Source: an uncultured Desulfobacteraceae bacterium
GTDB taxonomy: Bacteria; Desulfobacterota; DSM-4660; Desulfatiglandales; HGW-15
Length of the DNA: 64,000 nucleotides
Direction of reading: 5' to 3'
Assembly (NCBI GenBank): GCA_964526655.1
Contig: CAZGIZ010000003.1
Coordinates: 851 to 64,850 of the forward strand
Position 1 is the first letter of the stretch; each line of letters begins with the position of its first letter. Of this stretch, positions 1 through 9,265 are shown in pieces. The notes beneath the pieces are model-generated. The model was not told the origin of the DNA. It did not search any database and saw only the letters and a list, made by a program, of their open reading frames with translations. The position numbers and the translations under genes were made by a program.

Positions 1-1307
1 GCCGTAATAACCGATTCGGGGATATCTATAGGACCCTGAAAGGCCCCGCTTACGAAGATCCCCGGCCTGGTGGTCTCCATGGGATTTGAAGAAGATGTTT
101 TACAGAAACCATGTGAGTTGATCTCGATTCCCAGCTTATCTGCCAGATCCTCATAACCGGCAGGGGGATTCAATCCAACGGACAATACCACCATATCGAA
201 TTCTTCCTCTTTTACTCCGTTCCCGGGAGTGGCGTATCTTATGGTAACGTTCTTGCTTTCAGGGATCTCTTTTCCGATGGATACGTAGCTTCTTATAAAT
301 CGAACCCCTGGAAGCTGCTCGGTTCTCTGATAGTATCGTTCAAAATCCTTGCCGAAGGCCCTGATATCGTTATGGAAAATCGTGCACTCCGCCTCCGGGT
401 CATGGTCTTTTGTCAAAATCACCTGCTTCTGGGTGTAGGTACAGCACACGCCTGAACAATAGCTGTTACCGCCTTCGATTACCTGCCTGGAACCGACGCA
501 TTGAATCCAGGCGATTTTATGGGGATGAGACCTGTCGGAAGCACGCAATATCTCGCCTTCGTATGGCCCGGTGGCGCATAGCAGCCGCTCAAAGTCCATA
601 CTTGTTACCACGTTCTGCATCTTCCCATAGCCATATTCATTCCTCGCCCTTGGATCAAAGGGCTCAAGCCCGGTAGACAAGATTATTGCACCTACGTCTA
701 TCTTTATTTCCTTTGCCGTTTGATTGAAATCTATGGCCTTGGTCTTGCATACCCCTTCACAAATACGGCATTTCTTCTCCTTGAGGTAAATACAGCTTTC
801 ATCAATATATGCGACAAGGGGGATTGCCTGGGCGTAGTATATGTGGACGGCCTTGTTCTTGGATATTTCCTGGTTAAATTGATCGGGGTATTCGATAGGG
901 CAGTATTCCACACAGGTAGTACAACCAGTGCATTTACTCTCCAAAATATATCTGGGGTTCTTGATCAGGGTTACCTTGAAGTTTCCTGCCTCCCCTTTTA
1001 CGCTGTCGATTTCAGTATAGGTAAGTACCTCTATATTGGGATGCCGGCCGACCTCGACCAGTTTGGGCGAGAGTATTCACATGGAGCAGTCATTGGTGGG
1101 AAAGGTCTTGTCAAGCTGGGCCATATGGCCGCCAATGGCAGGTGATTTCTCAACAAGATAGACCTTAAAACCCGTAGTGGCAAGATCAAGAGAGGCCTGA
1201 ATACCGCTGATCCCGCCACCAACAACCATAACGTCTCCTAAATTACTCTCTCTCTGACTTTCATAGAGTTGCTGAATTTTCTCTTTCAGCAGTAGTTCTT
1301 TTTCCAC
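1..1307 (-). CDS. HdrA-like FAD/Fe-S oxidoreductase (BamE-type paralogue), selenocysteine-containing; its 3' end lies beyond the window start
   Basis: The N-terminus [37 protein letters not shown] is a Rossmann FAD motif. The ORF track ends at TGA 1077-1079, but the same frame stays open down to base 1. It keeps aligning with the paralogue at 10122-13253: [46 protein letters not shown] versus TNDCSMCIESPKFIECDRHPNIEIMTYTEVERVEGEPGDFRVTLIR. The last codons at bases 1-60 read [20 protein letters not shown]. Confidence 0.85.
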
Positions 1308-1368
1308 TTTCTGTCACCCCAGCAGTTTTTTTATAAGGTCTCCATTATATTTAATATCTTCTCTTTCC

Positions 1369-1920
1369 TTATTCCTTTTTTGCCTCTATCATCCGGGCAA
1401 TAGTGTCCATTATCTTGTCCAATCCATATTTGTTTGCCAACGATTCCAATCCGATCTCCATTTCCTCCTGACTTTCCTCTTCTTCCATTTCCTCTTCCCT
1501 TTCTTCGTAAGTGAGGGCATCGGATATACACCACTGAACACACATAGGCTCTTTCAGTGTCGGGTCGCTTTCACACATGTCGCATTTCAGGGGGAGGCCG
1601 GAATCGGGTTCCTTGAACTCTTCCCTGGATGGGCAGGAAGCCCGGCAGAAGGCGCACTCTTCGTATTCCTTTCCGTCTATCACATATTTGTCTCTGCCCG
1701 CACATTCGGCGGCGGTATATTCTCCCGCGTAAACAGGGATGTACATGTCTTTTAATGGATGACGAATCACCCTGATCCGGGATCGCGCAGGGTTATTGCT
1801 GCTGTATTTTGGCGTAGCGTGAAAGGCCGAGCAGATCACTTCACAGGCACGGCAACCATTGCATTTATCAGCATCAATTTTTATTGTTTTTATTATTTTC
1901 TTTTTCTTTTCAACTTCCAC
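1369..1920 (-). CDS. bamC: BamC-type poly-[4Fe-4S] ferredoxin subunit of class II benzoyl-CoA reductase
   Basis: 183 aa with Cys clusters CNGCRACEVIC, CAFCRASCP and CDMC. It lies 18 nt downstream of bamB on the same strand. Confidence 0.85.
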   Translation of the reverse strand: MEVEKKKKIIKTIKIDADKCNGCRACEVICSAFHATPKYSSNNPARSRIRVIRHPLKDMYIPVYAGEYTAAECAGRDKYVIDGKEYEECAFCRASCPSREEFKEPDSGLPLKCDMCESDPTLKEPMCVQWCISDALTYEEREEEMEEEESQEEMEIGLESLANKYGLDKIMDTIARMIEAKKE

Positions 1921-1937
1921 TGTTCACTCCCTTCACT

Positions 1938-3944
1938 CTATTTCTTCTCTTTTTCCTCAGAGGTCTCTCTTGAAGGAGTATCTTCATTATTCGTCAAGAT
2001 CCCCCTCTTTATGAAGTCTTCGCTCACATAGTCCAAGCCCAATTTTTTCAATGTCTCTTTGGTAGGGATACCGTCGTTGTTCCACCCCTTGAGATTGTAA
2101 TAGGCGTCTAAGAGCTCCTTTTCAAGTTCGGGAAATCTTTTTTTCCAGTGGTTCTGCGGAGGCTTTTCATCTTTCCTCCTCATGCCTCTCCTGATATTAT
2201 TGGCCCTGACAAGGGTCCTGTACCTTTTGGCTGCCTGGGTCAGCTTTTCTTCATCCATATCGATTCCGGCCCCTGCAGATATAAATTTAGGGTAATTGTG
2301 TATATGATATGGTGGCTTCAGGGGAAATGATGATAAACCGGCGCACATCCCGAGGGCGTCATCAATGTAGTGCATCCTCTCCTGCCAGTCGACAATATCA
2401 CAACACATTTGAACCGTCGGGTAATAGGGCATGGATTTTTCTCCGCGTAGTTCCCAGTCCAGCAGGTATTGCTTGAATTTCTCATCAGGGACCTGGAACC
2501 AGTCTTTCACAAATGCCTCTCTCTCCTCTCTCGTGGGCCAGGGCGCCTGGGGGAACTGCCCTTCAATCTGTGTGATATTTATCTTTTCTCCCGTGGCATA
2601 CATAAGGAAATAGATGGGATTCAGCATGGATAGCTTTAGAGGCAGTTGCTCATGTTTCTTGATGTTATTATGGGCGTATTCTTCCGCGCCCTTGCCAATT
2701 TCTTTGGCCGCCCAATAGGTCCCGTTGGCCAGGATATCTCCTATCCCTTCCCTCCTGACAATTCTGTCAAGCAGCCAGTAAAATCTCCCCTCGTTATCGG
2801 CAGGCATTCCCGGCATGTCATCGTCGGTTAATATGCCGTTTTCATAGAGTTCAAGGGCGAAGGCCATAACCTGAGGGGTTGAGAATCCATCCACCCCATA
2901 TTCCGTAGCGCGTTGAGCGATTTTTAGACCAAAATCCAGGTCTGACATGGCAGCCATGGTATAGGTCAGTTTGGAGAAGCATTTCATCATGTAGGTCGGA
3001 TACCCCGGCGGGGAAATGGTCGCACCGCATTTCATGGGACAGTTATAGCAGCTGACCAGCCGCTTCTGCATACTTTCCATGGTCTCCATCCATTGCTTTG
3101 CGATCTCCTCGGTCCAGAAGCCCTTTCTGCGGAGGCGGGAATTGCCCCACATGAAGTTCTCGGTGTGCCACTTTTCATCATGGGTTGCCATCTCCTGCGG
3201 TGAACCGAGCCCCTGTAAAATGGTCATGACACCTGGAATCGGATTTGCGTTTCGGAATTTTATGTATTCGAGCACCTCGTTGCAAAGCGCCAGGTATTCA
3301 TCCGGCCGGGCAACATTGATGTCTCCTGTTCCACGGACGGCGACCGCCTTAACCCCCTTGTCTCCCATAACGGCGCCTATTCCCAGTCGGCTGGCGCTGG
3401 ACCTGCCCTGCTCAATGGAGGCCATATAGACCCTGTTTTCACCGGCCAGACCGATCGCGGCCACCTGGGCCTTTGGTTCGCCCAGCTCCTGGCGGATAAG
3501 TTCTCCTGTTTCGACAGCGCCTTTGCCCTCCAAGTGAGAGGCATCACGTATCTCTACCTTATCATCCTTTATCCATAAATAGACCAGACCAGGAGACTTG
3601 CCGCGGAAAATTACCTTGTCATAGCCGGCATACTTCAGTTCCGGAGCCCAGAATCCACCCATCATGGAAAAGGCCATTAACCTTGTCTGAGGAGAAATGG
3701 TGGAGACAATGGTACGATTACAACCAATGGCAGGTGTGCCGCACAAAAGACCGGCACTGAATATGAGCAGATTTTCATCGGAAAAGGGCTCAACTTCAGG
3801 GGGAACCCTATCCCAAATGAGCTTGGCGTTCGTCCCCAGCCCACCCAGATAAAGCTCGGTGTCTTTTGGATCCGTTTCCACCCTTTCAATGCTTCCCCGG
3901 GATAGATCGATTTCCAGATTAAACCCTGTCTCTGCGTACCTCAT
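1938..3944 (-). CDS. bamB: BamB, tungsten-pterin active-site subunit of class II benzoyl-CoA reductase (AOR family)
   Basis: 668 aa, colinear with Geobacter metallireducens BamB as I recall it. Shared motifs are MRYAETGF..DL..GSIERVETDP.DTELYLGGLGTNAK, EKWHTENF (His at 260), CYNCPMKCGA, YMMKCF (Cys at 322) and HYIDDALGMCAGLSSFPLKPPYHIHNYPKF. Confidence 0.92.
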   Translation of the reverse strand: MRYAETGFNLEIDLSRGSIERVETDPKDTELYLGGLGTNAKLIWDRVPPEVEPFSDENLLIFSAGLLCGTPAIGCNRTIVSTISPQTRLMAFSMMGGFWAPELKYAGYDKVIFRGKSPGLVYLWIKDDKVEIRDASHLEGKGAVETGELIRQELGEPKAQVAAIGLAGENRVYMASIEQGRSSASRLGIGAVMGDKGVKAVAVRGTGDINVARPDEYLALCNEVLEYIKFRNANPIPGVMTILQGLGSPQEMATHDEKWHTENFMWGNSRLRRKGFWTEEIAKQWMETMESMQKRLVSCYNCPMKCGATISPPGYPTYMMKCFSKLTYTMAAMSDLDFGLKIAQRATEYGVDGFSTPQVMAFALELYENGILTDDDMPGMPADNEGRFYWLLDRIVRREGIGDILANGTYWAAKEIGKGAEEYAHNNIKKHEQLPLKLSMLNPIYFLMYATGEKINITQIEGQFPQAPWPTREEREAFVKDWFQVPDEKFKQYLLDWELRGEKSMPYYPTVQMCCDIVDWQERMHYIDDALGMCAGLSSFPLKPPYHIHNYPKFISAGAGIDMDEEKLTQAAKRYRTLVRANNIRRGMRRKDEKPPQNHWKKRFPELEKELLDAYYNLKGWNNDGIPTKETLKKLGLDYVSEDFIKRGILTNNEDTPSRETSEEKEKK

Positions 3945-4019
3945 TTTTTTCCCCTTTTGATTACCTTCTTTATCTCATTTCTCTTCTCAGGTTGATAAAA
4001 TTGCTTCTAAGAGCCCTAT

Positions 4020-4235
4020 CTAATCAACCCTGATTATCTTAACCTTATGCCCCACCCAGTCTGAAGGAAGATATACCCTGCCGCTGTTCCCGCTCATCTT
4101 GATCTCCTTCTCGAGCATCTCCTCGCCGTATACCTCAAATTTTACTTTGTTGATGAATTGCTCGGTGGCGGGTTCTTTATTATAATCTCTTTCTTTTGGC
4201 ACCCTAAACGGTTCCTGCATGAAAAGTGTTGTCAT
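4020..4235 (-). CDS. small hypothetical protein, DUF2080-like C-terminus (SGNSGRVYLPSDWVGHKVKII)
   Basis: 71-aa ORF directly upstream of bamB on the same strand. I see no convincing RBS, and the family assignment is from memory of the motif only. Confidence 0.4.
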   Translation of the reverse strand: MTTLFMQEPFRVPKERDYNKEPATEQFINKVKFEVYGEEMLEKEIKMSGNSGRVYLPSDWVGHKVKIIRVD

Positions 4236-4345
4236 AGAACACTTGAAAAGCGATATGTCGGATCAGCTGTTTCAAAAATCGGGAGATTGTTAACGAGTAG
4301 CATAAAATTGGTTCTATTAATTCGCCTTCGCCAGAATACCCTGCG

Positions 4346-4374
4346 GCTTGTTGTAGCGAGGCGGAAATCCCGCT
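4346..4374. repeat. 29-nt dispersed repeat, copy 1 (GCTTGTTGTAGCGAGGCGGAAATCCCGCT)
   Basis: 25 of 29 positions are identical to 20146-20174. Both copies are intergenic. Confidence 0.6.
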
Positions 4375-4654
4375 AAAAGCCACATTCTAATTATATTTCA
4401 GCTATAAAGTAACTATAAGGGGAAGTTTTAATGATGTCAAGAAAAAAGAGGGGAAAATGGGAATCTGGAAATGAGGCGAAAAATGTTGTCAGGCTTCATT
4501 TATTGAAACAGGAGGAGGCCAAAACGATTTTTCAGATTGACAATAAATATGGCATTCGCTATCCGGATAGGGCGTGGATATTTCAAAATCAGGGATTACA
4601 TTCAATTATCCCTGTTGTATGAAAAAATTGGATCCGAAATAGAAAGGAGGCTCT

Positions 4655-5107
4655 ATGAAAGAGGGTACCGTTAAGATCAGACTCATGAAGGCCGACGATT
4701 TTGATGCTGTAGTCGGGATTGACGAAAGATTATTCAAGACTTCCAGGCGTGAGTACCATGAAATGAAATTTGAAAAGCTTTTTCATTCCAACGATTATTT
4801 ACCCGTATCACTCGTGGCGGAGAAAGAAGATGGTACGGTGGTGGGGTTCGTAATGGGGGAGCTCTACATGGGAGAATATGGTATTTTTCAGGAGGCGGCG
4901 ACTCTGGATACCATCGGTGTTGATCCCGATTATCAGCATATGGGTATCGGTAAACAGTTGATTGATGAATTCATTGATCATCTGAAAAAAGTTGGTGTTC
5001 AAAAAATAACCACCCTGATCGACTGGAACTATTCCAAAATGATACATTTCTTTAGTGCGAACAATTTCAGCCCCTCAAAAACCATTCATCTGGAAAGAAT
5101 CCTTTGA
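4655..5107 (+). CDS. GNAT-family N-acetyltransferase
   Basis: 150 aa with an acetyl-CoA-binding-type motif (IGVDPDYQHMGIGKQLI). The RBS GAAAGGAGG lies 5 nt upstream of the ATG. Confidence 0.75.
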   Translation: MKEGTVKIRLMKADDFDAVVGIDERLFKTSRREYHEMKFEKLFHSNDYLPVSLVAEKEDGTVVGFVMGELYMGEYGIFQEAATLDTIGVDPDYQHMGIGKQLIDEFIDHLKKVGVQKITTLIDWNYSKMIHFFSANNFSPSKTIHLERIL

Positions 5108-5308
5108 AGTCGGAGAGGTAACAGGAAGGATTCAAAAGGAATTCCATAAAGAAAGTAAGATTAAAGCGTCTGGCCTAAAATGCCGATGAAATAAGGGAAT
5201 AAAATGTTCACTCGGCGAAGGGCAAGCCTTCGCCTGTCTCAATCCCTTAGAGGCGTCAGAGCTCCAAGGGATTCCGTCAGCATCGTAATTAAAAAGGAGG
5301 GAGTTGAG

Positions 5309-6043
5309 GTGGTGGATGGAAAGATTAAACAGATGACAGCAGAAATTCAAAAGGACAATAAAAACGAGGATTTGGAAAGGGATAATCTTGAATTAGATAA
5401 GAACGCAAGGATAGCAACAATCTTGGCCTTGGCGAAACTCGCCGAATACAGGGATGATGATACTGGTGTCCATTTGGAGAGAATACGGGAATATACAAAA
5501 ATATTAGCTATGGATATGGCTGAAAAGCCGGGATATAGAGGCTATATTACGGCGGAATACATTGAGGACATCTATCATTCATCTATCCTTCACGATATAG
5601 GGAAAGTGGGCATACCGGACGCTATACTATTAAAGCCTGGCAAATTAACCCCCGATGAATTCGAGGTGATCAAAGGCCACTCGATGTTGGGAGGGAATGT
5701 CCTGACAGAGATTGAGATTAAAATCAAAGGCCAAACATTTCTCACACTGGGCAAGGAAATAGCCTATTACCACCATGAAAGGTGGGACGGCACCGGATAT
5801 CCAAAGGGTCTCAGGGGTGAAAAGATTCCCTTATCGGCAAGGCTTGTTGCCGCGGCAGACGTATATGATGCGCTCACGTCAGATAGGGTTTATAAAAAGG
5901 CCTTTACCCATGAAAAGGCCCGAGAAATGATCATGAGCCGAAAGGGTAAACATTTCGACCCTGATGTAGCGGACTCTTTTTTGGCCCGCGATAATGATTT
6001 CAACATGATAAGAAAGCAATGGTTCCTGGTCTCAACACATTAA
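5309..6043 (+). CDS. HD-GYP domain protein (putative cyclic-di-GMP phosphodiesterase)
   Basis: Carries HDIGK and HHERWDGTGYP motifs. The ORF track starts at 5204, but a GTG at 5309 follows the RBS AAGGAGGG (5294-5301) and is the more likely start. Confidence 0.8.
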   Translation: MVDGKIKQMTAEIQKDNKNEDLERDNLELDKNARIATILALAKLAEYRDDDTGVHLERIREYTKILAMDMAEKPGYRGYITAEYIEDIYHSSILHDIGKVGIPDAILLKPGKLTPDEFEVIKGHSMLGGNVLTEIEIKIKGQTFLTLGKEIAYYHHERWDGTGYPKGLRGEKIPLSARLVAAADVYDALTSDRVYKKAFTHEKAREMIMSRKGKHFDPDVADSFLARDNDFNMIRKQWFLVSTH

Positions 6044-6123
6044 TTATTTGAAAATACAGGAATCAGGCCTTCCCCGGAATAATGAAGCGAGGGCCTTATG
6101 ACTGTTTAACATCTCTAAAACAA

Positions 6124-6166
6124 GGGGCCCGGTAATCTCTTTTCGAGTTTACCAGGCCCCTTTTTA
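6124..6166. terminator. bidirectional Rho-independent terminator between convergent genes
   Basis: GGGGCCCGGTAA (6124-6135) pairs with TTACCAGGCCCC (6149-6160) with one non-Watson-Crick position. TTTTTAT follows on the + strand, after the HD-GYP gene. TTGTTTT follows on the - strand, after bamI. Confidence 0.6.
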
Positions 6167-6200
6167 TGGAGATTGTCGATTCCGGAGCAGAAAGTGTTCT

Positions 6201-6821
6201 CTATGCCTGTTTCTCTGATGCGTGTTTGATGGATTGTTTGGGAAACGCAAGCGCTTCGGTTAACTCGTAGGCCGCCTGGAGATAGGATGTGGGGCAGAGA
6301 GGAAAGCACTCCTTGCAGTTCCAGCACTCCTTAGAGGCTATCTCAGGGACGAAACTTATCTCCCGGGTTGGCCCCCTGTCAATAAATCCGATAGCATTTT
6401 TCTTCTTTACTTCAGCACAGTACCTTACACATAGACCGCAAAGTATGCAAAAGGAGGGCTCTTTTTCAAAACGGTTCTTGTCCGCTCCATACTCCTGAGC
6501 CAGTTCCTGTAAAGCAGGGGCATCCGGGGCATGAGCCAGCATAAGCTCTAAGAGTGTTTTGCGGGTGCTATCTATCTTCTCGGTCCTGGTTCTCACAACC
6601 AGATCCTTTTCTACCGGGTAAATGCAGGAGGCAACGAGTCTTGTCCTGCCGGCGGTCTCTACTTCTACCGTGCAAATTCGGCAAGCCCCATAGGGATTTA
6701 ATTTCTCGTGGTGACAAAGTGTGGGAATAGATATCCCTATGCTCCGGGCAGCCTCCAAAATGGTCATCCCTTCCTCTGCCTTGACTTCTTTTCCGTCGAT
6801 CTGTAAAAGGATTTCACTCAT
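6201..6821 (-). CDS. bamI: BamI-type [2Fe-2S]/[4Fe-4S] protein (NuoG N-terminal-like)
   Basis: 206 aa with a 2Fe-2S ferredoxin N-terminus (CHHEKLNPYGACRICTVEV) and further Cys clusters (CILCGLCVRYC, CWNCKECFPLCP). Its start overlaps the bamH stop by 4 nt. Confidence 0.8.
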   Translation of the reverse strand: MSEILLQIDGKEVKAEEGMTILEAARSIGISIPTLCHHEKLNPYGACRICTVEVETAGRTRLVASCIYPVEKDLVVRTRTEKIDSTRKTLLELMLAHAPDAPALQELAQEYGADKNRFEKEPSFCILCGLCVRYCAEVKKKNAIGFIDRGPTREISFVPEIASKECWNCKECFPLCPTSYLQAAYELTEALAFPKQSIKHASEKQA

Positions 6822-8752
6822 TTTTCTTTACTCTCTCTGGTTAGGGTTCTTGCTTCTTCAGGGATTGGAGGTGGAACAGGCTCTCCGGACAGCCTTGTCA
6901 CTGCTCTAAAGCGAGAGGGACAAGCCTCGAAGCAAGTCCCGCATTTTGTGCATTTGTCCTGGTCGATTACGTGGATTTGTTTCTTGCCGCCTATAATCGC
7001 CTCGGCAGGGCATTTCCTGAGGCAAATCATACAGGCCTGACATTTGTCCGGGTCAATATAATAGGAGATCAGGTCCTTGCAGACATAAGCCGGGCACCTC
7101 TTCTCCTTGATATGTGCCTCGTACTCATCCCTGAAGTGTCGTATGGTGCTCAGGACAGGGTTCGGGGCAGTCCCGCCCAAAGCGCAGAGTGCAGCCCCTC
7201 TGGTAGCCTCGCACAGCTCCTCCAGAAGCTCGATGTCTCCCTCTCTTCCCTTTCCTTTACTGATATTGGTCAGGATCTTGAGCATCTGCCTGATGCCTTC
7301 ACGGCATGGTGTGCACTTGCCGCAGGACTCATTGGAGAGGAATGTAAGGAAGTATTTGGCGACATCAATCATACAGGTGTCCTCATCCATCACGATCATG
7401 CCGCCGGAACCCATAATCGCACCGACCTTTGCCAGCTCGACATAGTCCACTTGTATATCCAGGTATTCTTCAGGTATGCACCCTCCAGAGGGACCGCCCG
7501 TCTGCACTGCCTTGAACTTCTTGCCCCCGGGTATGCCGCCGCCGACTTCATAGATAATGTCTCTCAGGGTTATGCCCATGGGGACTTCTACGAGGCCGGT
7601 ATTATTCACCTTACCAACCAGTGAAAATATCTTGGTGCCTTTGCTGGCCTCGGTGCCAATTGAGGAAAGGAAATCAGCCCCCTTGTTGATAATCAAGGGG
7701 ATATTAGCCCATGTCTCCACGTTATTAATATTTGTAGGTTTGCCCCGGTATCCTTTTTCGGCCGGATATGGCGGCCTCGGTCTCGGCTCGCCCGGCTTGC
7801 CCTCCAGAGATGCGAGAAGAGACGTTTCTTCACCACAGACAAAGGCGCCTGCTCCCTGATGTACTTTAATGGTGAAATCGAAGCCTGAACCGAGGATATT
7901 TTTCCCAAGGAAACCGTATTCCTCAGCCTGCTTGATGGCGATTCCCACATTTTCCACGGCCAAGGGGTATTCGTGCCGGACATAGATAAAACCCTCATGA
8001 GCGCCCATGGCATAGGCCCCGATTATCAGCCCTTCAAGGACTGAGTGGGGATTCCCCTCGAGCAGGGCCCTATCCATAAAGGCCCCCGGGTCTCCCTCAT
8101 CGGCGTTGACGACCACATACTTTGTCTCACCGGGGCTCTTGCGGGCGAGTTCCCATTTTATCCCGGTAGAGAAACCTGCGCCCCCCCTCCCTCTCAGGTT
8201 GGAGTTCTTGACCAGCTCCACCACCTGCTCAGGAGTCTCTTCAAAAAGTGCCTTCACGAGAGCTGAATAACCGCCAACTGCGAGATAGTCGTCAATACTT
8301 TTGGGATCGATCTTGATATTATTGCCGATAAGGTTCCGCATCTGATTCTTATAGAATGGTATCTCGGATTCATGGACTATCTTCTCATTGGTATCGGCGC
8401 CGGGAACGACATAAAGCAGCCTATCGATGATCTTCTTGGCGACAATGGTCTGGGAAATGATCTCTTCCGCATCGGTGGGCTTGACCTGAAGATAACATAT
8501 CTCCTCAGGATAAATCACAAGCAGGGGCCCTCTCTCACAGAAGCCTGGACAGCCTGTTTCCCTGATATCCACTTTCGTTTCCAGTCCCTGTTTTTTAATC
8601 TCCTCTTTAAGGGCGGTGACGACATTTGCTGCGCCCAGGGCGAGGCAACCCGCTCCAGTACATACAGAAATGCAAGGCTTATCCGGATCCCTCTTTGATA
8701 TGATGTCCTTTCTGAATTCATCCAATTCAGCAGGTGAATTTATCCTTGGCAT
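6818..8752 (-). CDS. bamH: BamH-type NADH-binding flavo-FeS subunit (NuoF-like)
   Basis: 644 aa. GRGGAGFSTGIKW is an FMN/NADH-module motif and SCGKCTPCREG is the NuoF-type 4Fe-4S motif. The C-terminus carries 2x[4Fe-4S] (CQACMICLRKCP, CTKCGTCFEACP). Confidence 0.88.
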   Translation of the reverse strand: MPRINSPAELDEFRKDIISKRDPDKPCISVCTGAGCLALGAANVVTALKEEIKKQGLETKVDIRETGCPGFCERGPLLVIYPEEICYLQVKPTDAEEIISQTIVAKKIIDRLLYVVPGADTNEKIVHESEIPFYKNQMRNLIGNNIKIDPKSIDDYLAVGGYSALVKALFEETPEQVVELVKNSNLRGRGGAGFSTGIKWELARKSPGETKYVVVNADEGDPGAFMDRALLEGNPHSVLEGLIIGAYAMGAHEGFIYVRHEYPLAVENVGIAIKQAEEYGFLGKNILGSGFDFTIKVHQGAGAFVCGEETSLLASLEGKPGEPRPRPPYPAEKGYRGKPTNINNVETWANIPLIINKGADFLSSIGTEASKGTKIFSLVGKVNNTGLVEVPMGITLRDIIYEVGGGIPGGKKFKAVQTGGPSGGCIPEEYLDIQVDYVELAKVGAIMGSGGMIVMDEDTCMIDVAKYFLTFLSNESCGKCTPCREGIRQMLKILTNISKGKGREGDIELLEELCEATRGAALCALGGTAPNPVLSTIRHFRDEYEAHIKEKRCPAYVCKDLISYYIDPDKCQACMICLRKCPAEAIIGGKKQIHVIDQDKCTKCGTCFEACPSRFRAVTRLSGEPVPPPIPEEARTLTRESKEK

Positions 8753-8761
8753 AATTATTCC

Positions 8762-9214
8762 TTAATCGTAGTTTTTTAAGACTTCCTCTGACTTGGCCGG
8801 TGCCATCTTGCCATAATATTCTCCATCGACGATCATCACCGGTCCTAAGGCGCAGCAGCCGACGCAGCTGACAGTCTCCAGGGTGAATTTTAAATCCTTG
8901 TCCGTTTCGCCGGGTCTGATTCCCAGCAGATCCTGAACCGAGTCGAGGAGACGCGGCGCACCGCGGACATGACAGGCAGTGCCCGTGCATACGTGAACTT
9001 CATGACGTCCCTTGGGGACCAGACTGAAGGCCTTATAAAAGGTCACGATATGCTGTATCCGATTTAAAGGCACTTTTAATTTTTTACTGACCTTCTCCAA
9101 TGCCTCCTTGGGAAGCCAGCGATTTTCGCTCTGAATCTCTAATAATACTTGAATGAGCGAACCTGAATCACCCTGATATTTATCTATGATCTTATCGATT
9201 TTATCGCTATCCAT
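8762..9214 (-). CDS. bamG: BamG-type [2Fe-2S] subunit (NuoE-like)
   Basis: 150 aa with the NuoE pattern CTGTACHVRG...CVGCCALGP. Confidence 0.85.
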   Translation of the reverse strand: MDSDKIDKIIDKYQGDSGSLIQVLLEIQSENRWLPKEALEKVSKKLKVPLNRIQHIVTFYKAFSLVPKGRHEVHVCTGTACHVRGAPRLLDSVQDLLGIRPGETDKDLKFTLETVSCVGCCALGPVMIVDGEYYGKMAPAKSEEVLKNYD

Positions 9215-9265
9215 GCCGCTGTCCTGTTCTTTTTTGTCCCCTTATTCCTGTACGGCGCTCTCGGA

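Noticed and set aside
4197-4220. TGGCAC...TGCA sequence that looked like a sigma54 -24/-12 promoter near the bam genes
   Set aside because: There is no GC at the required 12-nt offset from the GG. It lies inside the small ORF 4020..4235 and on the wrong strand for the bam operon. The GGCACG sequence upstream of bamB-2 (about 17330-17350, minus strand) also lacks a TTGC -12 element.
4431-4622. 63-aa ORF upstream of the GNAT gene
   Set aside because: It has no recognisable motif, a weak translation-initiation context and a lysine-rich, low-complexity start. I kept it out of the feature list for lack of evidence.
6971-7624. 217-aa ORF antisense to bamH; also 10917..11540 antisense to bamE and 14844..15359 antisense to bamC
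   Set aside because: The sense strands carry unambiguous NuoF-, HdrA- and ferredoxin-type motifs. The antisense frames are open only because of codon bias.
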